64,000 bases of DNA from an uncultured Desulfospira sp. (GCA_963663165.1 OY760175.1:2656001-2720000), one strand, 5' to 3'. Numbered from the stretch's first letter, positions 48,335-59,146 are shown. Numbers and translations: made by a program. The notes: generated from the letters alone by a model not told the origin.

Positions 48335-49208
48335 AAAAACAACGGCAAACCGGTACCGGCCGGACGAAACTCAAAAAAAGGCAAAGAAAACCTTCCGGAT
48401 CAGGCGGGTATTCAAATCAGTGGCCTTTTTCGGGTTTATTGCCTTAATGAGTATCGGTGCCATCTTTGCCCATGATCTGGTCACCCAGTCCCCGTTTTTT
48501 CTAATCACCCAGGTTAAAATTTCAGGACTTCACCGGGTGTCCAACAGGGAAGTTTTAGATCTGACCCGCTTAAAAAAGGGGGAAAACATTTTCAGCATCA
48601 ATACCCTGAAAATGGAGAACAGCCTTAAAACCCACCCCTGGATTGCCAGTGCCCATGTAAAGCGCTCCTTATGTTCCACCCTCATCATCAAGGTAGATGA
48701 AGAAGTCCCCCTGGCCGTGGTGAACATTGAAAACATGGCCCGGATCATCATTAATGAACAGGGCAGGCCCTTTAAGGAATATAACCCTGAAACCGACCAG
48801 GTGGAGGGGTTGCCGGTGATTTCCGGCATTGACCTGAGCCTGTCCGGAGACGATTATCTGTTCAAGGGGCGCCTGTTTAACGCGGTCATGGATTTTCTGC
48901 ACATCGGTATGGCCGGGTGGCAGGAACCCTTTGTCAATCTGTCCGCTGACAAAAACACGGGAATTGATGTCCATGCCAGGGACATCTACAACGAAAGCGG
49001 GGCCAACCCCGATGCCCTGATCCGCATCAAACTCGGGTTTGACCATTTCCCGGAAAAACTGGACCGGGCCAAACAGATCAGCACCTATATCAGCAAAAAC
49101 TTTCCCGATAAAACCATTTGCAGCATGGACCTGTTTGATATTGAAAAAGTTTTTATCAAAACAAAACTTAAGGATGCTTCTTTTGATTCTTTAGAAAAGG
49201 GGGCTTAA
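48327..49208 (+). CDS. ftsQ: Cell division protein FtsQ
   Basis: TM plus POTRA (HPWIASAHVKR); precedes ftsA. Confidence 0.88.
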   Translation: MSKKTTANRYRPDETQKKAKKTFRIRRVFKSVAFFGFIALMSIGAIFAHDLVTQSPFFLITQVKISGLHRVSNREVLDLTRLKKGENIFSINTLKMENSLKTHPWIASAHVKRSLCSTLIIKVDEEVPLAVVNIENMARIIINEQGRPFKEYNPETDQVEGLPVISGIDLSLSGDDYLFKGRLFNAVMDFLHIGMAGWQEPFVNLSADKNTGIDVHARDIYNESGANPDALIRIKLGFDHFPEKLDRAKQISTYISKNFPDKTICSMDLFDIEKVFIKTKLKDASFDSLEKGA

Positions 49209-49209
49209 C

Positions 49210-50439
49210 TTGCAGGGAAACGAAAAAATCATAGTCGGTCTGGACATCGGCACCACCAAAATCTGCGCCGTTGTGGGCGAGATTTTGGGCGAGCAGATCA
49301 ATATCATCGGCATGGGCTCCCACCCGTCCACGGGCCTTCGCAAAGGAACCGTGGTAAACATTGAGTCCACGGTGGATTCCATTAAAAAAGCCGTTGAAGA
49401 GGCCGAACTCATGGCCGGGTGCGATATTTCATCGGTTTATGTGGGGATTGCCGGAAGCCATATCACCGGGTTCAACAAACGGGGCATCATTGCCATCAAG
49501 GGACGTGAAATCACCCAGGCCGATGTGGAACGGGTCATTGATGCGGCCAAGACCGTGGCCATTCCCCCGGACCGTGAAATCCTCCATGTGATCCCCCAGG
49601 AATTTATTGTGGATGAAATGGAATCCATCCAGAACCCGGTTGGCATGACGGCCATCCGCCTGGATGCCAAGGTTCACATTGTCACCGGCGCGGTGTCCTC
49701 GGCCCGGAACATTGTCAAATGCTGCAACAAGGCGGGCCTTGAGGTCTGTGACATTGTTCTGGAGTCTCTGGCCTCGGGCGAGGCGGTGTTAACCCGGGAG
49801 GAAAAAGAGCTGGGGTGTGCCTTGGCCGATCTTGGCGGCGGCACCACGGATCTGGCCCTGTTCAAGGACAACAACGCCAAATTTATCTATGAGCTGACCG
49901 TTGGGGGACATAACCTGACCAACGACATTTCCATCGGCCTTAGAACCCCGCTGCCCGAAGCCGAAAAAATCAAGCTTGAACACGGCACCTGCCTGCCGGG
50001 AACCGCCAAAGCCGGCGGCACCATAGAGGTGCCCGGCATGGGCGGCAGAGAACCCAAGCGGCTGTCCCGGGCCATCCTGGCCGAAATTTTGGAACCCCGG
50101 GTGGAAGAAACCTTTACGTTGCTCAAACAAGAACTCTTTGCCAGGGGATTTGAAAACGCCTTTCCGGCCGGATTCATCCTCACCGGCGGCAGCGTGATGA
50201 TGGAAGGGGTGACGGAAATTGCCGAATCGGTTTTCAACGTTCCGGTCCGGATCGGCCACCCGGACAAGGTGGGCGGATTAAAAGATATTGTTAAAAACCC
50301 GGCGTTTGCCACAGCCGTGGGCCTGGTGATTTACGGGTCCCGGACCGTGGAATGCAGTCTGAATTTAAATGAAGACCGGCGCCAGGGGTTCCAGGCTTTA
50401 ATAAACAGAATGAAACAGTGGTTTAAAGATATTATTTAA
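49210..50439 (+). CDS. ftsA: Cell division protein FtsA
   Basis: GLDIGTTKI, DLGGGTTD, LTGG, terminal amphipathic helix; TTG start. Confidence 0.97.
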   Translation: MQGNEKIIVGLDIGTTKICAVVGEILGEQINIIGMGSHPSTGLRKGTVVNIESTVDSIKKAVEEAELMAGCDISSVYVGIAGSHITGFNKRGIIAIKGREITQADVERVIDAAKTVAIPPDREILHVIPQEFIVDEMESIQNPVGMTAIRLDAKVHIVTGAVSSARNIVKCCNKAGLEVCDIVLESLASGEAVLTREEKELGCALADLGGGTTDLALFKDNNAKFIYELTVGGHNLTNDISIGLRTPLPEAEKIKLEHGTCLPGTAKAGGTIEVPGMGGREPKRLSRAILAEILEPRVEETFTLLKQELFARGFENAFPAGFILTGGSVMMEGVTEIAESVFNVPVRIGHPDKVGGLKDIVKNPAFATAVGLVIYGSRTVECSLNLNEDRRQGFQALINRMKQWFKDII

Positions 50440-50456
50440 TTTACCAGGAGGTGGAT

Positions 50457-51800
50457 ATGAGTTTTTCCTATGTAGAGACAAATGCTTCGGCAAAGATCAA
50501 GGTCATCGGTGTGGGCGGCGCCGGAGGCAATGCCGTCAACAACATGATCGATGCCAAGCTTCAGGGGGTTAAATTTATCGCGGCCAATACCGATGCCCAG
50601 GCCCTGGAACAGTCCAAGGCCGAAGTCAGGATTCAGCTGGGCCGGGAACTGACCGAAGGCCTGGGCGCCGGTGCCGACCCCAATGTGGGCCGGGAAGCGG
50701 CCCTGGAAAGTATGGATGAAATCAGGGAAGCCTTGGAAGACAGCCACATGGTGTTTATCACGGCCGGATTCGGCGGCGGAACCGGCACAGGCGCCGCCCC
50801 CGTGATTGCGGAGATCTGCAAGGATCTTGGGGTTCTCACCGTGGCCGTGGCCTCAAAACCCTTTTCCTTTGAGGGGAAAAAGCGGGAAAAACAGGCCATG
50901 GAAGGGTTGGAAAAACTCCAGGATATCACCGACACGGTTATCGTCATCCCCAATGACCGGCTCAGGGGAATCGCCCCGAAAGGCGCCCGGATGGTGGACA
51001 TGTTCATCAAGGCCGATGAGATCCTGCACCACTCGGTCAAAGGCATCACCGACCTGATCATGATGCCCGGCCTGGTCAACCTGGACTTTGCCGACGTTAA
51101 AACCACCATGCGGAAGGCCGGCAAGGCCCTTATGGGCATTGGTGTCGCCTCAGGTGAAAACCGGGCCACGGAAGCGGCTGAAAAAGCCATTTCCCATCCG
51201 TTGCTGGAAGATATTTCCATTTCAGGGGCCAAAGGGGTCCTGCTGAACATCACCTCCAGCTCAGACTTGAGCATGGATGAGATGACCGAAGCCTCCGACC
51301 GGATTTACCAGGAAGTCGGTGAGGATGCCGAAATCATCTGGGGCCAGACCTTTGATGAAACCCTGGGCGATGAAATCCGCATCACTGTGATTGCCACCGG
51401 TATCGGGCAGAACGAACCGGAACTGGCCGAGAACATGCACCGGTTTGCCCCGGCCCGGCAGGCCCAGGAAGCCATGGCGGCCCATTCCTATACCGAGGCT
51501 CAGGGGGTTGACGCCGGATATTACGGTGCCCAGGCCGTGTCGGTTCCCCCCTTCCGCCAGGCGACCGGAGCCGTTGCCGGCGCGGCTGCCGTGGCGTCCA
51601 GAGAACCCGTTGTCAGGGGAAAACTCAGGGACCCGAGCCCGGATGAACTGCAAAACTGGAATGAATACGACAATCCGGTAAGGGTCACCAAAAGAAAAAT
51701 GACGGGCCGGGACAATCCCCCGCCCCACCCTTATTCCAACGCAGCGTTTGACAATGATGATCTTGAGGTGCCCACTTTTTTGAGAAGAAAAGCAGACTGA
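50457..51800 (+). CDS. ftsZ: Cell division protein FtsZ
   Basis: GGGTGTG, NLDFAD, C-terminal LEVPTFLR; start 50457 or 50451. Confidence 0.97.
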   Translation: MSFSYVETNASAKIKVIGVGGAGGNAVNNMIDAKLQGVKFIAANTDAQALEQSKAEVRIQLGRELTEGLGAGADPNVGREAALESMDEIREALEDSHMVFITAGFGGGTGTGAAPVIAEICKDLGVLTVAVASKPFSFEGKKREKQAMEGLEKLQDITDTVIVIPNDRLRGIAPKGARMVDMFIKADEILHHSVKGITDLIMMPGLVNLDFADVKTTMRKAGKALMGIGVASGENRATEAAEKAISHPLLEDISISGAKGVLLNITSSSDLSMDEMTEASDRIYQEVGEDAEIIWGQTFDETLGDEIRITVIATGIGQNEPELAENMHRFAPARQAQEAMAAHSYTEAQGVDAGYYGAQAVSVPPFRQATGAVAGAAAVASREPVVRGKLRDPSPDELQNWNEYDNPVRVTKRKMTGRDNPPPHPYSNAAFDNDDLEVPTFLRRKAD

Positions 51801-51803
51801 TCC

Positions 51804-53579
51804 ATGAAAAAACGGCCGGGACGTTCCAGGCGGACCGTTCCCGGGTATTCGGGCCTGTTAAGGGAATCCGGGGCCATCGTCAAAACGGATAAACGCCTGA
51901 TCCGGGCGGCCCTGGTGTATCCCAATACTTACCGGGCCGGTATGTCCAGCCTGGGGTTCCAGACGGTTTACCGGCTGGCCAATGACATTGATTTCATTGC
52001 CTGTGAGCGGGTATTCCTGCCGGACAGGTCCCCAAAGGCCGGGAAAGCCCTTGAGATCAAAAGCCAGGAAACCGGTCTGCCCTTAAACCGGTTCGATGTT
52101 ATCCTGTTTTCAATTTCATTTGAAAACGACTTCTTTCACCTTGCTCAAATCCTTGGTGAAACAGGCATCCCCCTGCGGTCATCCGACCGAAACCACATCC
52201 ACCCCCTGGTGGCCGCGGGGGGAGTTTCCTGCCTGCTCAATCCCGAGCCCATTGCGCCGTTTATCGACCTGTTTCTGCTCGGGGACGGCGAACGGCTGCT
52301 CGGCCCTTTTTTTGAACTGTTTGAAGACACCCGGGCGGTTAAAGAAGGCAAAACAACCCTGCTCCACACCGTTGAATCAAAAATTGAGGGCGCCTATGTA
52401 CCCGCCCTTCATGACCCCATTTTGTACCCCCCTTCCCCCCGATCCCCCCTTAAACCGGACAGGTCCGTCCAGGTGCAGAACCTTGCGAATCTTTCCGGGG
52501 TAAAGACCAGAACAGCCGTGTTAAGTTCCGATACCGCCTTTAAAGACATTTTCCTGGTGGAAATCCTGAAAGGATGCCCCCATGGGTGCCGGTTCTGCAC
52601 CGCCGGTTTTATTCTGCGGCCGCCCCGGGTTTATCCGGTTCAGGATGTTATGGATGCCATGGACGAGGCCATGGGCAAAACCCATAAAATCGGCCTGGTC
52701 AGCTCGGCGGTGCTGGACCACCCCGAGATTAAAAAAATCTGCGACCATGGCCGGCAAAAGGGATTATTGCTTTCCTTTTCCTCCCTGCGGGCGGACCGGT
52801 TAGACGATGACATCATTGATCTTCTGGCCGAATCCGGGGTCAAAACCGCCACCATTGCCCCGGAAGCCGGATCTGAGAAAATGCGCCGGATCATCAATAA
52901 AAAACTGACGGCCGGACAGGTTCTTGAGGCGGCCAGGCGTCTGGTGGAAAAAGGGATCTTGAACCTGAGGCTCTATTTTATGATCGGGCTGCCCTTTGAA
53001 ACCGATGAGGATGTAGAGGCCATCGTAGATTTAACCCGGGACATCAAGGCCGTGTTTCTGGAAACCGCAAGAAAAAAGAAAAAAATCGGCACCATCACCT
53101 TAAGCGTCAATCCGTTTATCCCCAAGCCCTGGACCCCGTTTCAATGGTGCGGCATGGCCAAACCGGCCATACTGAAACGCCGGGTGGGCATCCTGTCTGC
53201 CGGGTTAAAAAAAATACCCAATGTCACGCTGCACTTAGAATCTTTAAAACAATCAAGGGTCAATGCCCTGCTGTCCTTGGGTGACCAAAGAACAGCCGGT
53301 ATTCTTGAAACCGCTTTAAAAAAGGGATGGACCCGGGCCATGAATGAAAATAAAGACTACTGCACCACGGTGGTCCATAATGATAAACCGGTTTTTAAAG
53401 AAAATGCCGATTCCCCGGACCCGGCCCTTTTTCCCTGGGATTTTATCCACCATCACGTTTCAAAAGACTTCCTGGCCAAAGAATTTTTACGGGCCAGACA
53501 AGAAAAACAGTCCGTCCCCTGCCCCATGAAGGAGTGTTCGTCATGCGGGCTTTGCACCCACCTGAAACCCTCCCCGTAA
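51804..53579 (+). CDS. Radical SAM protein (B12-binding-like N-terminus)
   Basis: YPNTYRAGMSSLG, CPHGCRFC, C-terminal CPMKECSSCGLC. Confidence 0.88.
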   Translation: MKKRPGRSRRTVPGYSGLLRESGAIVKTDKRLIRAALVYPNTYRAGMSSLGFQTVYRLANDIDFIACERVFLPDRSPKAGKALEIKSQETGLPLNRFDVILFSISFENDFFHLAQILGETGIPLRSSDRNHIHPLVAAGGVSCLLNPEPIAPFIDLFLLGDGERLLGPFFELFEDTRAVKEGKTTLLHTVESKIEGAYVPALHDPILYPPSPRSPLKPDRSVQVQNLANLSGVKTRTAVLSSDTAFKDIFLVEILKGCPHGCRFCTAGFILRPPRVYPVQDVMDAMDEAMGKTHKIGLVSSAVLDHPEIKKICDHGRQKGLLLSFSSLRADRLDDDIIDLLAESGVKTATIAPEAGSEKMRRIINKKLTAGQVLEAARRLVEKGILNLRLYFMIGLPFETDEDVEAIVDLTRDIKAVFLETARKKKKIGTITLSVNPFIPKPWTPFQWCGMAKPAILKRRVGILSAGLKKIPNVTLHLESLKQSRVNALLSLGDQRTAGILETALKKGWTRAMNENKDYCTTVVHNDKPVFKENADSPDPALFPWDFIHHHVSKDFLAKEFLRARQEKQSVPCPMKECSSCGLCTHLKPSP

Positions 53580-53853
53580 CAGATAAGCCGACCCCCTGCC
53601 CCAAGCCCCACAATTTTAAAATTTTCCTTGTTTATCTTGAGGATTAATTCTATAAGATACTGACAAATTTTTCCAAGAAAGCGGGGGTGATTCAAAGGCC
53701 CCTGCCCTGGAAAAGGTGACAATTAAAAATAAATGGGCAGGCTTTGGGACTTGGACCTGGCCTTATGCCCGGATGATACGTTAAACCCCAAAATACCCGG
53801 TGATCCCGGGAGTATTTTTTAAACCCTAACTGACACAAACTTTAGGAGGTTTT

Positions 53854-54774
53854 ATGTCGACTTTGGTATTTGGCCACAAAAACCCGGATACGGACTCCGT
53901 TTGCGCCGCTGTTGCGCTGGCAGACCTTAAGAAAAAACTCGGGGAAGATATCGCCCCTGCCGTCCAGGGAGAACTCAACCCTGAATCCAATTTTGTTCTG
54001 GGGAAATTCGGCGTTGCCGCCCCTGCCGTTGTGACTTCATACGCCGGCAAAGACGTTTACCTGGTAGACCATTCCGACCTGGCCCAGAGCCCTGATGACC
54101 TGGGGGATGCCAACATCCTGGGCATTGTTGACCACCACAAACTCGGCGACGTCACCACCGGTCAGCCCCTGGAATGCTGGATCTGGCCGGTTGGCTGTAC
54201 CTGTACCGTGATCGCATCCATGTATGACTACTTTGGCATTGAAATTCCCAAAGACATCGCCGGCATCATGCTGTGCGCCATTCTTTCCGACACCGTTATT
54301 TTCAAATCCGCCACCTGCACCGACAAGGACAAAGAAGTCTGCGCCAAACTGTCCGAAATCTGTGGTGAAAGCGATCTTGACGCCCTGGGCATTGAAATGT
54401 TCAAGGTTAAATCCGCTGTTGAAGGCACCCCCATCCGTGACCTGGTCATGAGGGACTACAAAGACTTCAACATGAGCGGTTCCGGCATTGGCTGCGGCCA
54501 GCTCGAACTGGTTGACCTGTCCATCGTTGACGGCATCAAGGCCGACCTTGAAAAAGACATCCGCGATCTCAAGGCTGAAAAAGGACATCACACCGTTCTG
54601 CTCATGCTCACCGACATCATGAAAGAAGGCACCGAACTTCTGGTCGCCTCTGACGACGAAAGTGTTGTGGAAAAAGCCTTTGGTGAAAAACCCGTTGACG
54701 GCAAATGCTGGCTGCCCGGCATCATGAGCCGTAAAAAACAAATCATCCCGTTTCTTGAAAAAGTATTTGGATAG
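53854..54774 (+). CDS. ppaC: Mn-dependent inorganic pyrophosphatase (family II)
   Basis: GHKNPDTDS, VDHH, ILSDT, SRKKQ. Confidence 0.96.
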   Translation: MSTLVFGHKNPDTDSVCAAVALADLKKKLGEDIAPAVQGELNPESNFVLGKFGVAAPAVVTSYAGKDVYLVDHSDLAQSPDDLGDANILGIVDHHKLGDVTTGQPLECWIWPVGCTCTVIASMYDYFGIEIPKDIAGIMLCAILSDTVIFKSATCTDKDKEVCAKLSEICGESDLDALGIEMFKVKSAVEGTPIRDLVMRDYKDFNMSGSGIGCGQLELVDLSIVDGIKADLEKDIRDLKAEKGHHTVLLMLTDIMKEGTELLVASDDESVVEKAFGEKPVDGKCWLPGIMSRKKQIIPFLEKVFG

Positions 54775-54783
54775 ACTGTAAAT

Positions 54784-54818
54784 AAAGGGCTTTTGGCGTT
54801 TCACCAAAAGCCCTTTTT
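54784..54818. terminator. Rho-independent terminator after ppaC
   Basis: AAAGGGCTTTTGG-CGTTTCA-CCAAAAGCCCTTTTT. Confidence 0.88.
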
Positions 54819-55166
54819 ATTTCCTAAGCAATCCATCCCCCACACTATCCCCCACACCCAAGGACATTTTGATTCTTCCCGCAATACATCGCCCCCTGTT
54901 CCCGGAATGATTTTTAATCCCCCCCGCCTGCGGGCAATTAGCCCCTGACAAGACAATAAAAGATATCATCCAATCCCTGGTGCGCATGCGTACTTTGCTG
55001 CGTACAAAATCCAGCAATCCCGATTGACACCCCGCCTTTTATGGCTTTTGTGGGGTATGAATGTAAAAAGCGAGAAGGGTAAACAAACTACCCCAGGCAA
55101 GGGTAATTAGCCTGTCAGGGGATAATAAAGGGCGTGCTGTAGTTGCCCCCCTTCCGGGTCCGGCCT

Positions 55167-55424
55167 CTAAGACTCTTCCAGTCTTTTTCGTGATGGCGGG
55201 GGATACTCCTTCCTGTGTTGATCCAGAAAGTTGGGGTTTTCGATTTTGTCCAAAACCCCATAGGGCAATGCATGCTCCTTCCTGAGTCGATCCAGAAAGG
55301 CTTGATAGCATTTGTGCCGCATCGGACACGTTTCGAACGGTTCTTCTTGGGACTCTGATTTCTCCCGTTTCCCGTAGGGCGATTCGTGCAAATCTGGGAA
55401 TAGGTGCTCGTGTCTATGTTCCAC
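55167..55424 (-). CDS. Small hypothetical protein
   Basis: AAAGGAG RBS before GTG; internal repeat FLDRLRKEH / FLDQHRKEY. Confidence 0.45.
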   Translation of the reverse strand: MEHRHEHLFPDLHESPYGKREKSESQEEPFETCPMRHKCYQAFLDRLRKEHALPYGVLDKIENPNFLDQHRKEYPPPSRKRLEES

Positions 55425-55952
55425 TTTGGGCTACTCCTTTGACAGGTCAATAACTGGTATGGAAGTTTTAAATGTAGAGTAGCCCGTCAAAGAAATCAAT
55501 TACCTTCGCAACCTCTTTGATAAAAGCGTCATAGGCGTCAGCAAAAGACGGGGACATTTTTACATCCGATATGATAGGGTTCTCCGGTTCCGGCCTTTTT
55601 TTTTCTCTGCTCGCTGGTGGGCCACCTTGATGGAATTTTCTTTCAGGCCGGTTTCTTTTGCCACCTCTTTCCTGGCCTGTTTCTTTGACATGCCGTCCTG
55701 CACCTTTTCTTCCACCATGGCCGGTGTCTCTTTGGGGGTTATTTCTGTACCCCCTTGTACCCCGCCCTCACCCCCCCCCCCCGCCGTTGTTGGGTTTTGG
55801 GGATTACTGACATTTGTCAGTGCCTCTCTTTCCTCTTTCTGTGCCCGGTAAAATTTTCTTTCAACAGTGCCTTCTGAACTGCTTTCGGAATTTCAGGTTT
55901 TCTCAGGTTTTTTATCATGACCTGGGCTGTAGTTTTCTGTAGGGGTAGATAT

Positions 55953-55988
55953 AAAAAAGCCCCCGGCAGAAAGTACCACCAGGGGCTT
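55953..55988 (-). terminator. Rho-independent terminator of the leftward small-ORF operon
   Basis: Minus strand AAGCCCCTGG..CCGGGGGCTTTTTT. Confidence 0.7.
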
Positions 55989-56037
55989 GGACGTGTTAAG
56001 AATTGTTTAGGTTTATCCAGTCCTAATCATCCTGCAG

Positions 56038-56193
56038 TTACGCCCCAATCCGTTTGTAAAGGACACGCTCAAGGGCTTCCTTGACAACCTGGGCCATTTC
56101 GGGGTCAAGATCCAGGTTGCCGAATGCCGTATGGATATGCTCCATTGACGGCGTTTGTTTTGCCAGGGCATAGCCCATTGCGTTTTCATCCAT
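56038..56193 (-). CDS. 51-aa hypothetical protein (below ORF-track cutoff)
   Basis: GGGAGG RBS, MDENAMGYALAKQ..LYKRIGA, overlaps upstream stop, followed by terminator. Confidence 0.55.
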   Translation of the reverse strand: MDENAMGYALAKQTPSMEHIHTAFGNLDLDPEMAQVVKEALERVLYKRIGA

Positions 56194-56416
56194 GGTTTGC
56201 CCTCCCTTTATCCGGAAACGGAATCACATTATCAGGCAAAGCACTGGTTTTTTTCCTGCGGCATTCTTCTGCCCACGCTTTAAGCTCTTCCTTACGCTCC
56301 CTTATGGAGTCTGCAATTCTTGTAAGGGTTGCAAGTGTTTCCTTATCAACGCCCTTTCCAGAACGGCGTTCAAATTCGCGCCAGTCATCGTCCAGGCTGC
56401 TGTGTTTATCTTTCAT
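56186..56416 (-). CDS. Hypothetical phage-like protein
   Basis: ATGA coupling; NVIPFP motif. Confidence 0.6.
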   Translation of the reverse strand: MKDKHSSLDDDWREFERRSGKGVDKETLATLTRIADSIRERKEELKAWAEECRRKKTSALPDNVIPFPDKGRANHG

Positions 56417-56748
56417 TTGACCACCCCCTGTTCATCATCGGCAAGGATCTTGGCAATATCAGACCGGCTTACAGGGTTGACGGATTCAGACAAAGCCGCC
56501 AAGGCCGCCCGGAGTTCACTATGCCGTTGTTTTGTCGCCGCCAGGTCATCAGACATCTTGTTATAGGCCTGCTCGATCTCATAGCCGATTTCACCCAAAA
56601 TATTTGAAATGCCAAGCATGGAAAAGGCATCCAATTCCTGGGCTGAATTATCATCTTGAGCGATACAAAAGATCATCTGGCGAATGCTTTGCAAGTTCAT
56701 CAGTCCTTGTGTGGCATCTGGTTTGTAACCTCCGCTAAAAATTGCCAT
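56413..56748 (-). CDS. Hypothetical phage-like protein
   Basis: AGGAGGTG RBS; coupled to next ORF. Confidence 0.6.
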   Translation of the reverse strand: MAIFSGGYKPDATQGLMNLQSIRQMIFCIAQDDNSAQELDAFSMLGISNILGEIGYEIEQAYNKMSDDLAATKQRHSELRAALAALSESVNPVSRSDIAKILADDEQGVVK

Positions 56749-56849
56749 GGTTCACCTCCTTGTCTGCCAGGAGTTTCGGAGATAAGCCTCTCGGGATTGC
56801 TGAACGCCTTTATTGATAAGCCTTTTCGGCTCTGTCTTTTGTAGTACCC

Positions 56850-58669
56850 CTCAAATCAAGCCGCCTTCTATGTTAAAAACCCTGTCAAATAGGGCTTTCT
56901 ATTATTTTTCTCTTGACTTATAAGACCCTACCATATACTATGAATCATGGCACATTTCCACATTAAGAAGAAAAAAGGAAGACCCTACCTTTATGTGAGG
57001 GAGATCGCTCGGGTAAACGGCAAACCCAAGGTCATTTCTCAAACCTATATTGGGTCACCGGATCGGGTAGCGGGCCTTGTGAAGGGACAGTCCCAGGAAA
57101 TAACAACCTTGAGGGCTGAAGAATTCGGTGCGCTGTGGCTGGCCCAGCAAGCAGATAAAGACTTTGATCTTTGCTCTTTGATTGATGAGATTATTCCACC
57201 TGCAGATCGAGAAAAAGGACCTACAATAGGGGAATATTTCCTTTATTGTGTCTGGAATCGCATGATTGAGACCGCCAGTAAAAACAAATTGTCGGATTGG
57301 TATAAGAGAACCGCGATCCAGCATATACGCCCTGTCGATCTAAACGAACTCTCATGCAAACGATACTGGGACAAATGGGACCGGGTTGATGAAAAAAACT
57401 TAAACGCTATCATATCCAAGTTCTTTGAACGATTATGGCAGGTCGAAAACCCTTCTTCTGATTGCCTGCTATTTGACACCACTAATTATTATACCTTCAT
57501 GGGAAGCCAAACCGAGTCAGAAATAGCGCGCAGGGGTAAAAACAAGGAAGGGAGGCATCATCTCAGACAGATCGGCCTTGGCCTTCTGGTTGCACGAGAC
57601 ACCAGGCTCCCTTTATTTTATTCGATTTATCCAGGCAACATTCATGATAGCAAACACTTTGAAGCGGTCATGGAGGCAATGTTTGGGGTAGTATGCGCCC
57701 TGAACAAGACCAAAGAGCGGCTTACAATTGTTATTGACAAGGGAATGAATTCAGAAGGGAATTATACCTGGATTGACGAGCATTCCAGGGTCCATTTTAT
57801 TACGACATATTCCACTTATTTTGCCCAGGAACTTGCCACCATCCCACTCGACCAGTTTGAAATTGCAGATACTGCCCGAAACAGAAGGTTGATTGATGAA
57901 GAATGCCAGGATGAGTGTCAATTGGCACATCGGACCAAAAAAGAATACTGGGGCAAGGAGCGGGCAGTTATCATAACTTATAACCCCAGAACAGCCCGAA
58001 AGAAATCATACACCTTTGAAAGCAAGCTTGATACGATCCGACAGGAACTGCTCTTAATGAGGGCCAAGGTGAAAGAAGGGGCCGTTCACTGGAAAAAAGC
58101 CGAGGACATACAAGCCAGATATATCCGGTTGTGTCAAAGGCTTCACATGGCCTCCGATTTATTTACTCTGAATTTTGAAACCTCAGAAGATGGCTTGAAT
58201 ATGAGCTTCCGAAAAGATCCATACATAGTGAAGCAAAAAAAAATGATGTTCGGTAAAAATATTATCATCACAGATAATACGGATTGGGCAACAAGAGACA
58301 TTATTGAAGCGAGTTTAGACCGCTGGCAAGTTGAAGACCGCTTCCGTCTCAGTAAGAATGAGGACTTAGTCGGTGTGCAGCCGATCCGGCACTGGACTGA
58401 CAGCAAAATCAAATGCCATTTATTTACATGTGTGGCAGCCATGGTTTACCTGCGCCGAATTGAATTAAAACTAAAGAACTCCGGAATTGAACGGACAGCA
58501 GAGGACGTCATGGATGATATGAAGCATCTACATTCCATTTTGACGTTGCCGAAAGGTGCAAGAAAACCGACCAGGCGCCTTGAGACGCCGAGTAAGACCC
58601 AGGCCGAAGTCCTATCGGCCTTTGGCTATCATGTTAATGAAGGTGGGGCCTTACAGTCAGAAAATTGAG
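56850..58669 (+). mobile_element. IS1634-family insertion sequence (ends approximate)
   Basis: CTCAA...TTGAG termini; no clean target duplication seen. Confidence 0.75.
56947..58668 (+). CDS. IS1634-family transposase
   Basis: FDTTN, RGKNKEGR, PGNIHD, IDKGM, VEDRFR, PIRHWTD. Confidence 0.92.
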   Translation: MAHFHIKKKKGRPYLYVREIARVNGKPKVISQTYIGSPDRVAGLVKGQSQEITTLRAEEFGALWLAQQADKDFDLCSLIDEIIPPADREKGPTIGEYFLYCVWNRMIETASKNKLSDWYKRTAIQHIRPVDLNELSCKRYWDKWDRVDEKNLNAIISKFFERLWQVENPSSDCLLFDTTNYYTFMGSQTESEIARRGKNKEGRHHLRQIGLGLLVARDTRLPLFYSIYPGNIHDSKHFEAVMEAMFGVVCALNKTKERLTIVIDKGMNSEGNYTWIDEHSRVHFITTYSTYFAQELATIPLDQFEIADTARNRRLIDEECQDECQLAHRTKKEYWGKERAVIITYNPRTARKKSYTFESKLDTIRQELLLMRAKVKEGAVHWKKAEDIQARYIRLCQRLHMASDLFTLNFETSEDGLNMSFRKDPYIVKQKKMMFGKNIIITDNTDWATRDIIEASLDRWQVEDRFRLSKNEDLVGVQPIRHWTDSKIKCHLFTCVAAMVYLRRIELKLKNSGIERTAEDVMDDMKHLHSILTLPKGARKPTRRLETPSKTQAEVLSAFGYHVNEGGALQSEN

Positions 58670-58909
58670 TTACGCCCGCCAAGCAAGGCTTTCGCCGAGC
58701 CATGCCCTCTTAACCACGAAACTCCTGTCTGCCAGGCAAGAAAGAACGGCACGGACCTTGTCAAACAGCCGGTCTACATGATTGCTTTCCTGCCAGGTCA
58801 TGGCCGGGTTAAGCTTTTTAGATTCGGGGATGTGAGCCTGCATGAATGACAGCAGGGTTCGGGCTTCGGTTGGGGTGATTTGAGATAGGGCTTGTTGTTC
58901 GTGTTCCAT
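58670..58909 (-). CDS. Hypothetical protein downstream of the C4-like RNA, possibly truncated by IS1634
   Basis: GGAGG RBS overlapping the b2 target; stop abuts the IS end. Confidence 0.55.
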   Translation of the reverse strand: MEHEQQALSQITPTEARTLLSFMQAHIPESKKLNPAMTWQESNHVDRLFDKVRAVLSCLADRSFVVKRAWLGESLAWRA

Positions 58910-58965
58910 TGTTGGGCCTCCAAGGTACTTTGGTTAGGCCCTTTCTGTCCTGCTAAAAACAAAAA

Positions 58966-59033
58966 GGGCAACATGAGGGTTAGCAGACCGGCACCTTGGG
59001 AACCGGCAGCCCGAAGGCTCCCCCATGCTGCCC
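58966..59033 (-). ncRNA. C4-type antisense RNA (P1/P7 c4, P4 CI class)
   Basis: GGGCAGCATG-GGG-GAGCCTTCGGGCT-GCCGG-TTCCCAAGGTG-CCGG-TCTGCTAA-CCCT-CATGTTGCCC, with complementary a/b targets on both sides. Confidence 0.85.
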
Positions 59034-59146
59034 AATAGCATACGCATGGAATACAAAAAAAGCGTTCACATGAAATGCAGACGCCTCTTTGCGTCCAAGG
59101 TTTCCCGGCTGCTAATCCGGTACTCCTGAATTTGCAGGAGTGATTT

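Noticed and set aside
54037..54807. 256-aa antisense ORF over ppaC and similar shadow ORFs over dcw and RND genes
   Set aside because: Opposite strand of well-supported genes; explained by codon bias
54978..54988. TGGTGCGCATG as reverse-complement tRNA 3' end (att core)
   Set aside because: Only 11 bp with no T-arm sequence; could be chance
55206..55299. 24-bp imperfect direct repeat as iteron or ncRNA
   Set aside because: Only two copies, in frame within a small ORF with a good RBS
56842..58677. Target-site duplication for IS1634
   Set aside because: Flanks GTACCC vs TTACGC match only 4/6
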